DNA of 64,000 nucleotides, taken from the sequence record DRR723986_5772; one strand, 5' to 3'. The first letter of the stretch is position 1, and every line of letters begins with the position of its first letter. Made by a program: the position numbers and the translations under genes. Shown here in pieces: positions 10,501-20,406 of the stretch. Under the pieces are notes generated by a model. That model made no database searches and was not told where the DNA came from. It worked only from the letters and a program-made list of their open reading frames with translations.

Positions 10501-10926
10501 GTGAAATTTCACTCCTGGGCGGACAAGAACTTTTTTGCCAGAAAACTGGAAGATGATCTCAAGGCTTTCCTTTCTCCTTGGGCATTTAAAACGGATTTCG
10601 ATTGGACTTTCACCGAATCCTTACACAGCTCAGTGGTACTTCACTTTGTGGAAAAACTGGAATATGTGGACTACTTGACCTGCTTTGAACTTTACCATCT
10701 GGTCAAAAATCCAGTTTCTGGAGAACTTCTTTCAAGAACCAAAGTAGAGGCTGCCAAAGGCAGTCGCGGAGTTTCGGTCCTTGGGTCGATAGGCACATTG
10801 AATTCCTATGGAGATCATCTTATTGAAGTGTTGGAAACTGAAGATTGCCTCTGTGAGGACAATGAAATAAAACCAGCTGCGAGCATCGCATCTGTAGAAG
10901 ACGAGGACTTGGATGAGGCATTTTGA
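7540..10926 (+). CDS. Baseplate J-like protein (Afp11-like) with internal HhH insertion
   Basis: VDER, PHFALFLAFL, RHLDFYYRDVL, F.AGKD, GFAFASPILL..EG.R, PFSSFGG...E...FYQR..ER.RHK.RAIT.WDYE.LVL..FP. Confidence 0.92.
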   Translation: MSKDCNDLTLPGNGTSRAQRLIEGLLPDYVRVDERKMEDLQAFAVKIAGELKFIKNEDPWTVGDWSGFFDQKIQENQLTNPHFALFLAFLKLFNFAQQDINTITQRHLDFYYRDVLRLREKPAESDQVYLIIKLAKHIQEHFLAKDTAFKAGKDDLGKEILFQTTDPNVINKAEVSSLMSLFKDENGRLYKSSIANSADGSGAEILSDEKQWKTFGKPSTQFPNQDRELATIGFAFASPILLMGEGTRKVSLRIRFEPTEGLLERLRTLALDKTFEIWFSGEEEWIRATIGWENAADNVDAEVLAFLNNATSWQDIAGLEPQFGPVIDDPEFGQHRPFKGYDIGEITAKNILSRRDSFSTKRFSTLNQVEAVRGVGSDKINDLRYSFRNTKHKLISGPYGIDLILNCMLLPEDPAVVNYDEEVLLQRIQTNSPIMKVNLANTIQSYGYEILKDCEVKSATIKIDVAGVENLILQNDQTILPIGKNIQPFGFRPVKGSNFYIGSKEVFGKSPKTVELKFKWHGLPEATTGFEDQYAGYETRNNQSFTAAVDFLDQKTWKPINASKSLFQGNNSLPLSTDKTINLSGAAWNSITEDPDLEHLTQWSPASNRGFLRLKLNSPDFGHKEYPLLFAKAALSQASPTITDIALPKEPYTPEIQTVSLDYTSEEELNLKQSKWDGFFHLGAFGEAKVSGQNESSPLLPNYSDEGELLIGLSSHQKSQNIQLLIQILDGSANPEKPAPQVNWSYLAGNQWKEFDKYSVLIDETNGLIQSGLVSFAMPREADNTHTILTDQLTWLKASVNSDSDAIPDFIAVLAQAVKTKFESYENDPLRVGIAIPAETISKLKIGESAISKILQPFSSFGGKTAESSNDFYQRIAERIRHKQRAITSWDYEHLVLEEFPEVYQVKCLNHTSYDGDLTKYRALAPRNVTLVIISNVQNKNAIDPLRPKASVAQLSTIRDFITRIYPPGVFLHVVNPVFEEIQVRTKVKFHSWADKNFFARKLEDDLKAFLSPWAFKTDFDWTFTESLHSSVVLHFVEKLEYVDYLTCFELYHLVKNPVSGELLSRTKVEAAKGSRGVSVLGSIGTLNSYGDHLIEVLETEDCLCEDNEIKPAASIASVEDEDLDEAF

Positions 10927-10937
10927 TACTTGAAAAA

Positions 10938-13900
10938 ATGGAACAGTCAATAACCATATCGAAAGCGAAACCTACCATCAAAAGCATGGATTATGAGCTG
11001 CTGCGCACTGAAGCAATCAGCTATATCCAACGCGTGGGAGGAAAAATATGGACTGACTACAATAGTCATGACCCTGGCATCACCATTCTGGAAGTACTTT
11101 GTTTTGCAATTACAGATTTGGGATACCGAAGCAATTTTCCCATACAGGATCTCCTAGCGGATGAATCTGGAAGCTTGAAAAACCAATTTTTCTCAGCTTC
11201 CGAGATCCTTCCCTCCACACCTGTCACGATAAATGATTATCGGAAATTTTTGATGGATGTGGAAGTCCTCGATGAAGAGGATTTAGAATGCCCACGTGCT
11301 GGAATCAAAAATGCCTGGGTAATTATTCGCGAAAGCAATGAAATTGCTATTTATCCTGACAGAAAAGAAAAAACCTTAGCATACAACCCTTTTCCAACAA
11401 CCGAAGAAGCTCTTCAACTTGGGATTTTGTACGATGTCTTGTTGGAGTTTGACTCTTGCGAGAATCTTGGAGACCTCAACGAGAATAAAATTAGCATGGA
11501 AGTCGAAGTCGTGGAACACCCAGATTTGGAAGGTGTGGTCATCGATATTCAGATTGAATTCCCGAGATGGGATGATATCAAAGTGGATTGGGCAGATTCG
11601 GTTAGCATCCGCAAAAATGTACATGCAATCTCCATTCAATTCCAAAATGTGCCGGATGGGATTACACTTGAATTCGACCTCAGTCCAAGCAATCTCATTG
11701 AATTAAAAGGTAACAAACTAGTGGCTGAGGGCCTTGATCCTCTTGAGGGACTAGGAACTTTGAGCAATCAGGTAAATACGTTCACCTACTCTAGTCCTGA
11801 GGGTATCTTGGCATTTTACCTGAAAAAAGTAGCCAAAATCAGACAGATTCTCGGGAAGGCAAAAGGGAGTTTACATGCCCATAGAAACCTATGTGAGGAT
11901 TTTGTGGATTTTCATGCATTGAGAGTGGAGGAAATCCTGGTTTGCGCAGACATAGAACTGTCTCCAAACGCTCCTATTAATGAAACTGAAGCACTGATTT
12001 TTCAAACATTAAGCGCGTTTCTTTCTCCTCAGGTCAACTTTTTCAATTTGGAAGAGATGCTCAATCGCTGCAAAAATGAAGCATTGCCGATAGCCAAAAT
12101 CCAGCAAAATCCAGCCAAAATCTGGATCGAAATACCAACGTCTGACTATCCAAAACCAAAGTCCAGCTTAAGTATAATCGGCTCAGGTGGAAACGTAGGT
12201 ATCTATGAGGCGCTTGAGGTGAGAACAGATCCAAAAAACAGTAAACTCTGCGAAATCCAACTTAGTCCAAATTTCCCCTCACCGGTTTTGATGGATGACG
12301 ATCAAGTATTTCTAGGAAATTGGGAGGAATCTCAATGCATCCCAACAGAAAAACTTTTCGAAGGACCACTCCTAAAACATGGCTTTATAGATGAAGGAGA
12401 ACTAGCTAAAGCCGACCGAAGATCCAGCATTCATGTAACGGATCTGATCCATATAATTATGGACATTCCAGGTGTGAAGGCAGTGAAAAGTATCCAAATA
12501 GCGAACAAACCACAGGATAATGCCAGCGGATCTATTCCATCTAAAAGTGTAAGATGGTGTCTTGAATTAGCAGTGGATGAGTATTACGTCCCAAGACTAA
12601 ATACCGAACTTTCTAAAATCACTTACTACAAGGAAGAATTGCCTTTCCGGGCAAATCGGGAGAAGGTCGAGGATTTGCTGCAAGAATATAAAGCTGGCGA
12701 ACGCAAGCAAAAGATCTATTATCCTAAAATGGATTTCGATTTGCCAACGGGAAATTTCAGAGATCCGGGAAATTACGATTCCATCCAAAATGACTTTCCG
12801 CTGGTTTACGGTATCACAGAAGCCGGTATGCTTCCAAAATCCCAAGGGAGGCCGAATCTGCCTCAAGTGCAGCAATTGAAGGCCTATTTGATGGTTTTTG
12901 AGCAGATGCTGGTGAATTACTTGAGTCAACTTGCCAATACTAGACACCTATTTTCCATAGATAATAGCACTGATGAATTTGGAAACCCAATCATTGATGC
13001 GACTTATTTTTCCCAGAGCTTAGAAAAGCTAACACCTGATGGAGCAGCGCTTTGGAAGGATTTAGTCGCTCTTGAGCCTACAGTCAAAGAAATTACAGAG
13101 TCGGTCGAAGACTTTCAAATCAGAAGAAATCGCTTCCTGGATCATTTGTTAGCACGTTTTGCAGAGCAATTTACCGACTACGGTTTACTTGCGCTGCGAC
13201 TAAACCCTGTAAAAGGTCAAGCTAGATTGATTGAGGACAAAATGGCTTTTCTCAATAACTATCCGAAAATCTCCTCTTACCGAGGAAAAGGATTTGACTA
13301 CAAAATCGGAGATCATTTTTGGCATCGGGAAAACTTGTCTGGACTGGAAAATCGGATCCAAGGATTGATGGGAATTAGAGAAAAATCTGCTTCCTGGCTC
13401 CGATTCTCTCCTGCATTTGAATTCGTGGAAGCTTCTGGCAACTGGAAAGTTCAGGTGAAGAATTCTTCAGATGTAGTTCTATTCGAATTAGAAGCAGTTT
13501 TCCCTAGTAAAGAAGAAGCTGCTTTGGCGTTAGAAATAGCACTTTTGATCGGAGCAAGCAAAGAAAATTACCAGATTAGCACAGGAGATTCAGGCTTCTC
13601 ATTTGAATTGCATTGGGAAGGAAAAACTGTAGGATCAAGTTTAAAAGTTGATTTTGGCGACGATACCGAAGGAGGTGAGGCAGATCTTGCTCTTAAGGAA
13701 GTTTGGGAGATTATTCGAGAAGAATTTCTTAACAATCCCTTGGCAAACCGTAAAAATTTAAGTCTTGCATTGGACGCATTTTGGCAGGCTGAGATTACGG
13801 TTAGTTTGGCTTCGGCCCCTCCAAAATACACGTTAGAATTCGAACTTTTTGACGCGCCTTTCGGGGCTGGGACAAAATTGATAGAAGGAACTTTGGAAGT

Positions 13901-15173
13901 AGAAGTTCCAGACGCTACTTCAGAACCAGAGCTACAAGAGCTAGCTGAAGAACGGCTAGAAGAGTTGATTTGGCAGATTTGTACTGCTGGAGTGATGGAA
14001 GCAGCCTATGTAACTGATCCTGCTCCTTATTCTTCACCTTATAAATTCTCAGTTACTGATCCAATCCGTGGGGGTATGCTTGCTAAAAGTGTGGAATCTA
14101 ACTTCAATGCTCCTTTAGCCACATCCATTTTGAATAATGATTGGGGAGATGCTTGGCTAGTTCAGGCTGGATTCGAACCAATAGAATTGGACATCACTGA
14201 ATCCACAGCCATTGGTCCATTTATTCAGCTCAAAGCCGATCCAATGCCGCAAAAGTCTGATCAGATTCATTTCGAGCGCGCTTTTGAGATTATTGGGTTA
14301 GATGTAGAAGCACATGAAATTACAATAGCAGGGCTACAAGCAGCACTCTTTGAAGATTTTGAGGATTTTGAAGTTCAATTTATGCAGGGTGAAACCGAGC
14401 ATTTGATTTACTACACCATCCATCAAATCCGGGAAGAAGATGGAAATACTTTATTGGTAACCAAGAAAAAGCCAAGGCCTGACTTGGTAGAAAATCCTGA
14501 AAATGCCGAAGAGCAGCCCGGAGGTTTCGTGATTCTCAGCAGACAGTTTGAGGTAAAAACTGTGAATGGAGACTCTTTTAGAATACTAGGCGGAGCGGAA
14601 ACAAAAGCAATTCAAAAAGTACAGCAATTTTTCGTTCGGGAATTTTTCTCACATGAAGGAACGCATCTGATCGAGCATATTTTACTCAGACCAAAAGTAA
14701 AAGGTAAGCATAAAGTTCCTGATGGACTTGGCGGATTTGTCAATGAAATCCTGGAAGATAAACTCCTAGATCCGCACTCAGAAGATGAATGTGTCTGCAC
14801 ACTTGATGATCCTTATACCTGCATGGCGCATGTGATTTTGCCTTATTGGGCAGGTCGCTTTACAACTACAGACTTCAGAAGATTTCTGGAGAAAAAGATA
14901 AAAAGGGAGACTCCAGCGCATGTGTTTTTGACCATTTGTTGGATTAGTCCTAGCCATATGAAAGCGTTGGAATTGGCCTGGAAACTTTGGCTACTCGAAA
15001 CGCTAAAATCTACTCAGGAGCCCAAAAAGCTTGCTGAGACACTCGCAGGGCTAATTGATGCCTTGGCGCAAATCCGAAACGTCTATCCTGTAGGCACTCT
15101 TCACGACTGTGACGAGGATGACAATTTGGAAAACTCCATCATTCTCAACTCCTCATCACTGGGAGAATTTTAA
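10938..15173 (+). CDS. Large baseplate protein (Afp12-like)
   Basis: WTDYNSHDPGITILE.L.FAITDLGYR, HRNLCEDF, SIQNDFP.VYG, QLKAYL..FEQ, RRNRFLDHLLARF.E, EG.HLIEHILLRP, RETPAH. ATG at 10938 (TTG at 10923 possible). Confidence 0.92.
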   Translation: MEQSITISKAKPTIKSMDYELLRTEAISYIQRVGGKIWTDYNSHDPGITILEVLCFAITDLGYRSNFPIQDLLADESGSLKNQFFSASEILPSTPVTINDYRKFLMDVEVLDEEDLECPRAGIKNAWVIIRESNEIAIYPDRKEKTLAYNPFPTTEEALQLGILYDVLLEFDSCENLGDLNENKISMEVEVVEHPDLEGVVIDIQIEFPRWDDIKVDWADSVSIRKNVHAISIQFQNVPDGITLEFDLSPSNLIELKGNKLVAEGLDPLEGLGTLSNQVNTFTYSSPEGILAFYLKKVAKIRQILGKAKGSLHAHRNLCEDFVDFHALRVEEILVCADIELSPNAPINETEALIFQTLSAFLSPQVNFFNLEEMLNRCKNEALPIAKIQQNPAKIWIEIPTSDYPKPKSSLSIIGSGGNVGIYEALEVRTDPKNSKLCEIQLSPNFPSPVLMDDDQVFLGNWEESQCIPTEKLFEGPLLKHGFIDEGELAKADRRSSIHVTDLIHIIMDIPGVKAVKSIQIANKPQDNASGSIPSKSVRWCLELAVDEYYVPRLNTELSKITYYKEELPFRANREKVEDLLQEYKAGERKQKIYYPKMDFDLPTGNFRDPGNYDSIQNDFPLVYGITEAGMLPKSQGRPNLPQVQQLKAYLMVFEQMLVNYLSQLANTRHLFSIDNSTDEFGNPIIDATYFSQSLEKLTPDGAALWKDLVALEPTVKEITESVEDFQIRRNRFLDHLLARFAEQFTDYGLLALRLNPVKGQARLIEDKMAFLNNYPKISSYRGKGFDYKIGDHFWHRENLSGLENRIQGLMGIREKSASWLRFSPAFEFVEASGNWKVQVKNSSDVVLFELEAVFPSKEEAALALEIALLIGASKENYQISTGDSGFSFELHWEGKTVGSSLKVDFGDDTEGGEADLALKEVWEIIREEFLNNPLANRKNLSLALDAFWQAEITVSLASAPPKYTLEFELFDAPFGAGTKLIEGTLEVEVPDATSEPELQELAEERLEELIWQICTAGVMEAAYVTDPAPYSSPYKFSVTDPIRGGMLAKSVESNFNAPLATSILNNDWGDAWLVQAGFEPIELDITESTAIGPFIQLKADPMPQKSDQIHFERAFEIIGLDVEAHEITIAGLQAALFEDFEDFEVQFMQGETEHLIYYTIHQIREEDGNTLLVTKKKPRPDLVENPENAEEQPGGFVILSRQFEVKTVNGDSFRILGGAETKAIQKVQQFFVREFFSHEGTHLIEHILLRPKVKGKHKVPDGLGGFVNEILEDKLLDPHSEDECVCTLDDPYTCMAHVILPYWAGRFTTTDFRRFLEKKIKRETPAHVFLTICWISPSHMKALELAWKLWLLETLKSTQEPKKLAETLAGLIDALAQIRNVYPVGTLHDCDEDDNLENSIILNSSSLGEF

Positions 15174-15184
15174 CCACAACGATT

Positions 15185-18100
15185 ATGAGCCAGATCATTT
15201 CAACTTATCCGATTTTTGAAGGTAGCCAGGTACTGACCAGTACTCAGCTCAACCAGCTCTCCGCCTACCTGGATCAGCAAGGCAGGCTCACCCGATCAAA
15301 GCTCATCGGAATTGGTGTAGTCTGCGGAATGCAGGTTCAGCCCTATCCGCAAGGTCTGCAGTTTACAAAGGGGTTAGGAATTACATCCGAAGGCTTTTTG
15401 ATCCAAGGAGGCACTTTCAATGCGACACATTATCGCCCATATTCTTTACCAGAGGGCGTAGTTTACAAGCCTTTCAAGGACGTGGATCATGAGGTTTCAC
15501 TTTTCGAATTACTGACAGAAGTCCCTACTGATAACACAGGCGTAAAAAAACTGACTAATCCCGCCAATTTTCTAAATGATAAATATGTCCTCGTTTTTCT
15601 GGAAATCTTTGACAAAGACCTGAAATCCTGCCTTGGGAATGCTTGCGATGATCGTGGTCAGGATCGATTACTTACGCTGAGAAGGCTTGTTGTAAGCGGA
15701 GCGGATTTGGATAAAATTTTGACTAAATCTTCCAACGTTCGTGCACCATTTTCAAATGCCCTAGACCTTCCAGAATTTTTTCCCCATACCCCGCTCTTTT
15801 ACCCGGAAAATCCTGAATCAAATGAATATGAAGCCTTTGTAAAACACTATCAAAACTCTATATCCCAAGCATTAAGCAAGGAATTTTTCGAAGCGATTTC
15901 ACTTTCATATACCATTTTTGAACCTATCCTAAGTAAGGGTTATAACTTTTCCAACCCGCTGGATAATGCTACTTTACAAAACAAGATCTCTACCATTTCT
16001 TCTTTAATAGAAGGTAATCCAGCAGAAATTCAGGGCATTCAATACCTCTGGGATTTCGCCAAGGAACTTCTGAAAGCATACAGAGAATTCCGTGATTCCG
16101 CAGTTGAGCTTTGGTACAATTGTGTGACTGATAGCTCACTTTTCCCGCTGCATCTCATGCTCGGTCGGGCAAAAACTAGCTCAGAAACACATGCCCAATT
16201 TCTAAAATATCGTCATGGGTTCGTACAGCCGCCCATATTCAATCAGCAGAAATTGCTTGCAGAAACCTGTATTCAGCGACATAGAAGGGTGATTTTAATG
16301 CTTGAAAAGCTTGAAACAGATATATTTAAAAAAGCTGACACTGAAAAATTCCCAATCAAGATCACTCCTTCCAAAGAAAAATTGGGGCTGTTGGGAAATC
16401 GTGCGCTTCCATATTATTACGACATCAAGTCCAAAGGAGCTATATCAACCTGGTTTTCTCTGGAAAACAGCTGGGTTGATCCAGGGAATATTCAGTTGGT
16501 GAATCCAGCACGAATACCTGTTCAATCTTATGATAACCAGCCAGATGATGAGGCTATCGAGGCCAAAAACCCTATTGAAACTCCCCTATTCTTTGACATA
16601 GAATCTTATCCTTTTCTGCGGATTGAAGGGCACCTAGGAAAACCATTAGATAGCACACTCAATTATTTGAATCAGCTCATTTTACAATTCAACCTCCCAA
16701 TACATGTGGAAACCCTTCATTTAGGAGAAGTTGGTAAAGCAGAATTAATAGAAGATTGTGGATGGAAAGACCTTCAGGAAGAGTATGCTTTCCAGCGGTA
16801 TTTTATGCTTGGGATGATCATGGAATTGAAACAGATTTTTGACTACGTGACGGAATATGCCAAGGACTCTGAAGAGGAGGATTTCACCTCCAACGAGTTC
16901 TATATAAAAGCTTCGGAGGTTTTGGATTTACTTGTTGGGATGGTTAATGCTTTGCCAGAATGTCTCAAAGATTTGGTTTGGACAACCTTTCAAAACACCT
17001 ATAAAAAACTACTTCAATACTTAATTGATTTCGCTTTGTTGGAATCAGGCCTTTTGAATCAGGTAAAAGCAAATCCAGAAAACACCAAAGAATTGGATTT
17101 CTATAATGGCATATTGATGAGGCTTTCGCCAGTTCTTTATAGGGTTTTAGATTTGTTTTTCTTCACCAAGCTGCAGCGAATTTATACCAGCTATGAAAAT
17201 CGGATTCAGCAGCTTGTCAAAGCAAATCAATTTTCTACCTACCTCAAAAAACACAATGGGCTTACCCATGAGGCTGGTGTATTGAAAGCAGGCATTTTCT
17301 TTTTGCTCCATGATGCAAAGCAAGAGCGCATTATCGGAGATTTCAGCTTGCCTTATTACTGTTGTGAGTGCTCACCATGCTTGGATGCCTGCGGAGAGCA
17401 AGGGTTCTCTTTACCTCCATTCGCCAGGCCAGATTATGCAGTAGCCTATACAGAACAACCAATCAAGCTGGAGATCACCTTAAACGACGCCTTAGTTTCG
17501 GGCAGAAGCTATATTGTTTTAGCGTCTGGATCATCCTCCGCTCAGAATGGAAAAGTAGAAAAAGACCCAAATTCAAATAGTTTCAGATACACTTCGGCTC
17601 CAGGATTTACCGGGGTCGATAGTTTCCAATATGTCCTACGGGATACCAATACAAATCAATCCGATCAGGGAAAAGTCAGCATTTTAGTCAAAGGCGCACT
17701 AGGTTGTTATTCTATTGAAGTGCTTAATTGCTGGGGAATTGAACGAGTAAGACAGACACTGGAGGAAAGAAAAATTGAAGCAGCAAACGAGTCGGATTCT
17801 CGTGCTGTTGACTTGCTTCTAAAAAGTCTCACAGATACAAAAGGCTTCTCAATTGACGAAATTAGGTTCAGCGTATTGGAAGATGAGCAATCAAGGAGGC
17901 AGCTACTGAGTTGCCTAGGACTCCTAACTGATCAGATGACTTATCAACAACAAGAACAAGCAATCTTGGATCATCAGGGGAAAAATTGTGGAGCAATAGT
18001 AACTCCAGAATGTACTTCGCTAGGAGTGAAAGGGACTGTGACAGGAGTGGATGGAAATGTTCTTTCCAAAGTACGGGTGACGGTGGTTGGGGAAGATCTA

Positions 18101-18829
18101 AACACATTTACTAATGGTGAGGGAATATACGAAGTCCAATTCCAATCGCCTGGCCAAACATTACTTTTTGAATTTGACGGATTTGAAAACCAAGAGGTGG
18201 AAATCTGCAGCCAAAGTGAAGCGAACGTAACGTTGGTTCCAAGTCCTAAACCAGCCAGAGAATGTTATTCCATCGCAATTATCTCTAATTGGCAAGAAGA
18301 TTTCATTCGAGCCGTAGCAAAAGACAGACAATTGACTCGTCCATCAGGAAACCTTCCTGAAGTGATCACTAATCTGCTGGAAAGCCTAAGATCAACTGCT
18401 GGCTTTACCTCCACAGAACTTCGCGAAACGACTGCAAGTTCTTCGGAAATTCAAAAAATGATTTTGGAAAGTGTAGGCATAGACTCAGCTAGTATAAGTC
18501 CAAAACTGTATGCGACAAGAATTGAGGAATACCAAAATAGTAATTGCGGTGCTCGACGGGTGATTGTGGGTAGAGTGTCCTCCGAGCTATTAACTGCCGA
18601 TGAAATCAAGGTAATCTTGGACTCAAATAAAGTGTCCTATTTGGAAACTTCTGATAAAACCGTCCTAGATGAAACTTACAGAGCTGCAATCACTGACTCC
18701 GCCTTGACTGAAAAGGACCTCACTCTTCTGAAGAAAGACACATTGATTAATATTCTCAAGGAAAAGTCAATATCCACCAGCTCTGCTGACAATAAGAGTG
18801 TGTTAATTGGCAAAATCCTGGGTAAATAA
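15185..18829 (+). CDS. Putative tail fibre/crown protein (Afp13 position) with Ig-like, carboxypeptidase-regulatory-like and repeat domains
   Basis: N-terminal YPIFE..QVLT..QLN....YLD.Q.RLTR..LIGIG.VCG, FLRIEGHLG, H.AGV...G.F, GDFSLPY.CC. Then Big_9-like (ARPD...LND...YT..PGFTGVDSFQY) and CarboxypepD_reg-like (VKGTVT..DGN.L..V.V.V.G). Lies between baseplate and tape measure. Confidence 0.7.
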   Translation: MSQIISTYPIFEGSQVLTSTQLNQLSAYLDQQGRLTRSKLIGIGVVCGMQVQPYPQGLQFTKGLGITSEGFLIQGGTFNATHYRPYSLPEGVVYKPFKDVDHEVSLFELLTEVPTDNTGVKKLTNPANFLNDKYVLVFLEIFDKDLKSCLGNACDDRGQDRLLTLRRLVVSGADLDKILTKSSNVRAPFSNALDLPEFFPHTPLFYPENPESNEYEAFVKHYQNSISQALSKEFFEAISLSYTIFEPILSKGYNFSNPLDNATLQNKISTISSLIEGNPAEIQGIQYLWDFAKELLKAYREFRDSAVELWYNCVTDSSLFPLHLMLGRAKTSSETHAQFLKYRHGFVQPPIFNQQKLLAETCIQRHRRVILMLEKLETDIFKKADTEKFPIKITPSKEKLGLLGNRALPYYYDIKSKGAISTWFSLENSWVDPGNIQLVNPARIPVQSYDNQPDDEAIEAKNPIETPLFFDIESYPFLRIEGHLGKPLDSTLNYLNQLILQFNLPIHVETLHLGEVGKAELIEDCGWKDLQEEYAFQRYFMLGMIMELKQIFDYVTEYAKDSEEEDFTSNEFYIKASEVLDLLVGMVNALPECLKDLVWTTFQNTYKKLLQYLIDFALLESGLLNQVKANPENTKELDFYNGILMRLSPVLYRVLDLFFFTKLQRIYTSYENRIQQLVKANQFSTYLKKHNGLTHEAGVLKAGIFFLLHDAKQERIIGDFSLPYYCCECSPCLDACGEQGFSLPPFARPDYAVAYTEQPIKLEITLNDALVSGRSYIVLASGSSSAQNGKVEKDPNSNSFRYTSAPGFTGVDSFQYVLRDTNTNQSDQGKVSILVKGALGCYSIEVLNCWGIERVRQTLEERKIEAANESDSRAVDLLLKSLTDTKGFSIDEIRFSVLEDEQSRRQLLSCLGLLTDQMTYQQQEQAILDHQGKNCGAIVTPECTSLGVKGTVTGVDGNVLSKVRVTVVGEDLNTFTNGEGIYEVQFQSPGQTLLFEFDGFENQEVEICSQSEANVTLVPSPKPARECYSIAIISNWQEDFIRAVAKDRQLTRPSGNLPEVITNLLESLRSTAGFTSTELRETTASSSEIQKMILESVGIDSASISPKLYATRIEEYQNSNCGARRVIVGRVSSELLTADEIKVILDSNKVSYLETSDKTVLDETYRAAITDSALTEKDLTLLKKDTLINILKEKSISTSSADNKSVLIGKILGK

Positions 18830-20406
18830 TGGCTTCACATTTGATCCATCGGCAACTTATAGAAGCAAACTTTCAGAATAAGGAAACTGCTTTATCTGGG
18901 CAAAACTTGCTTCAGGAACGCTATAAAAATGTCTTAATTCCATTGATGGAGCAGGTATTTGATGAATATAGCCCCAAGAGTTGGTCTCTCAGGATAGAAA
19001 AATTAGAACTTGACTTAGGAAGATTCCCTGCTGATCTGCCCGAAAAAATGATGCGTGATAGGCTAAGAGATGTGCTTGAAGATCAGCTCAGTAAAATCTA
19101 CTTAGAAAAAGGAATTTTAGCTGATCCGACCTCCACTTCTAATTTCAAGAAAGAAAAACCTGGATTATCTAAAATTCATTCTGACTGGGAAAAAATCACT
19201 TTTTACCTTATTCACGGGAGACTTCCTTGGTGGACTTCATCCAAAGAAAAAAAATCCATTCAATCGCTTTTCAATCAAGTACTGAATGAAAATCATTCCT
19301 TACTCAAATCCTGGTTGAAGGAAAATCCTATTTCCTTGGCTACGGCAAAAAGACTGTCTGTTCTCCTTACTGAAAATGAACTGGAAAGTATATTTCAAAG
19401 TGGCTCAGGGCCTACTAAACAGGAGTTCAAACTCATTTTAAATTTCCTTGAACTATTGCTTACTGAATCAATCCTAAGGAAAGCTGAAATTCGATTTTGG
19501 TTAAGTGCCGTTGTATTGTATTCTCTCTTTGGAAGAAAGACTGGGCTCACTTCATTTATCCAATCTGGATTTGCATCATTGAAAACACAGGAAAAAAAGA
19601 AAGCTGTAGAAACAGCGCAATTTCTGATTTTCATGAGCAAGTTTATTGTCCAATTCAGTAGCAATAAATCTACCTCAGAGGACGGAAAAACAGCCTCTGA
19701 ATCTCTCAATTTGATTAGGAATAAGAATATTGATTTTTCAAAAGTCGAAAAATTTCTACCCTCGGTTAGTCCATTTTGGAAAACCGTTGTGGAAAACTTA
19801 AGTAGTGAATCATTACCTAAGAAGGAGTTATCCACAGCCAACATTGAGCTTGAAAAGCTAGAATTTCTTGAGAATAATCTGGCGCAATCAAATGCAGCAG
19901 ACCTAGACGAATTGATAGTTATCAACAACGCCGGTCTGGTTTTGACAGCAGCTTTTCTTCCTCGATTTTTTGAAAATTTAGGCTTGGTGAAGTCAGGTAG
20001 ATTTATTTCTGATCAAGCTCAATTGAGGGCAGTAGTGATTCTGCAGGAAATGCTCGGAACAGATCAAGAATATGACGAGACAGATTTGATTCTTAACAAG
20101 CTTCTTTGCGGAATTCCGCCTGCAGCAGCGCTCGGCTTACTTCCAAAAATCACTTTGTCTGAAAAAGAAGAAATCACATCTCTTCTTAATAGCATGGCGG
20201 AGCAATGGACAGCTTTAAAAAGCCGCTCCGGGAAAATGGTTTCAGAGGGATTTTTCCAACGGGAAGGATCACTTAGAAGAGTTAGTAAGGGTTATCAACT
20301 TCAGATCCAGAGAATGCCTTTCGATCTATTGTTGGATCGTTTGCCTTGGACTATAGGGATGATCAAGCTGCCTTGGATGGATGAACTAATAGCTGTAGAA
20401 TGGTAA
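18829..20406 (+). CDS. CIS tape measure protein (Afp14-like)
   Basis: H.I.RQ..E, IEKLELDLG, YL.HG.LPWW, INNAGLVL..FLP.FF, LNKLLCG, F.QREG, FDLLLDRLPW...IKLPWM....VEW. Confidence 0.92.
   Translation: MASHLIHRQLIEANFQNKETALSGQNLLQERYKNVLIPLMEQVFDEYSPKSWSLRIEKLELDLGRFPADLPEKMMRDRLRDVLEDQLSKIYLEKGILADPTSTSNFKKEKPGLSKIHSDWEKITFYLIHGRLPWWTSSKEKKSIQSLFNQVLNENHSLLKSWLKENPISLATAKRLSVLLTENELESIFQSGSGPTKQEFKLILNFLELLLTESILRKAEIRFWLSAVVLYSLFGRKTGLTSFIQSGFASLKTQEKKKAVETAQFLIFMSKFIVQFSSNKSTSEDGKTASESLNLIRNKNIDFSKVEKFLPSVSPFWKTVVENLSSESLPKKELSTANIELEKLEFLENNLAQSNAADLDELIVINNAGLVLTAAFLPRFFENLGLVKSGRFISDQAQLRAVVILQEMLGTDQEYDETDLILNKLLCGIPPAAALGLLPKITLSEKEEITSLLNSMAEQWTALKSRSGKMVSEGFFQREGSLRRVSKGYQLQIQRMPFDLLLDRLPWTIGMIKLPWMDELIAVEW

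Noticed and set aside
19395-19928. 177-aa minus-strand ORF and the many other short ORFs nested in long genes
   Set aside because: They lie within well-supported genes, antisense or out of frame, and have no recognisable motifs.
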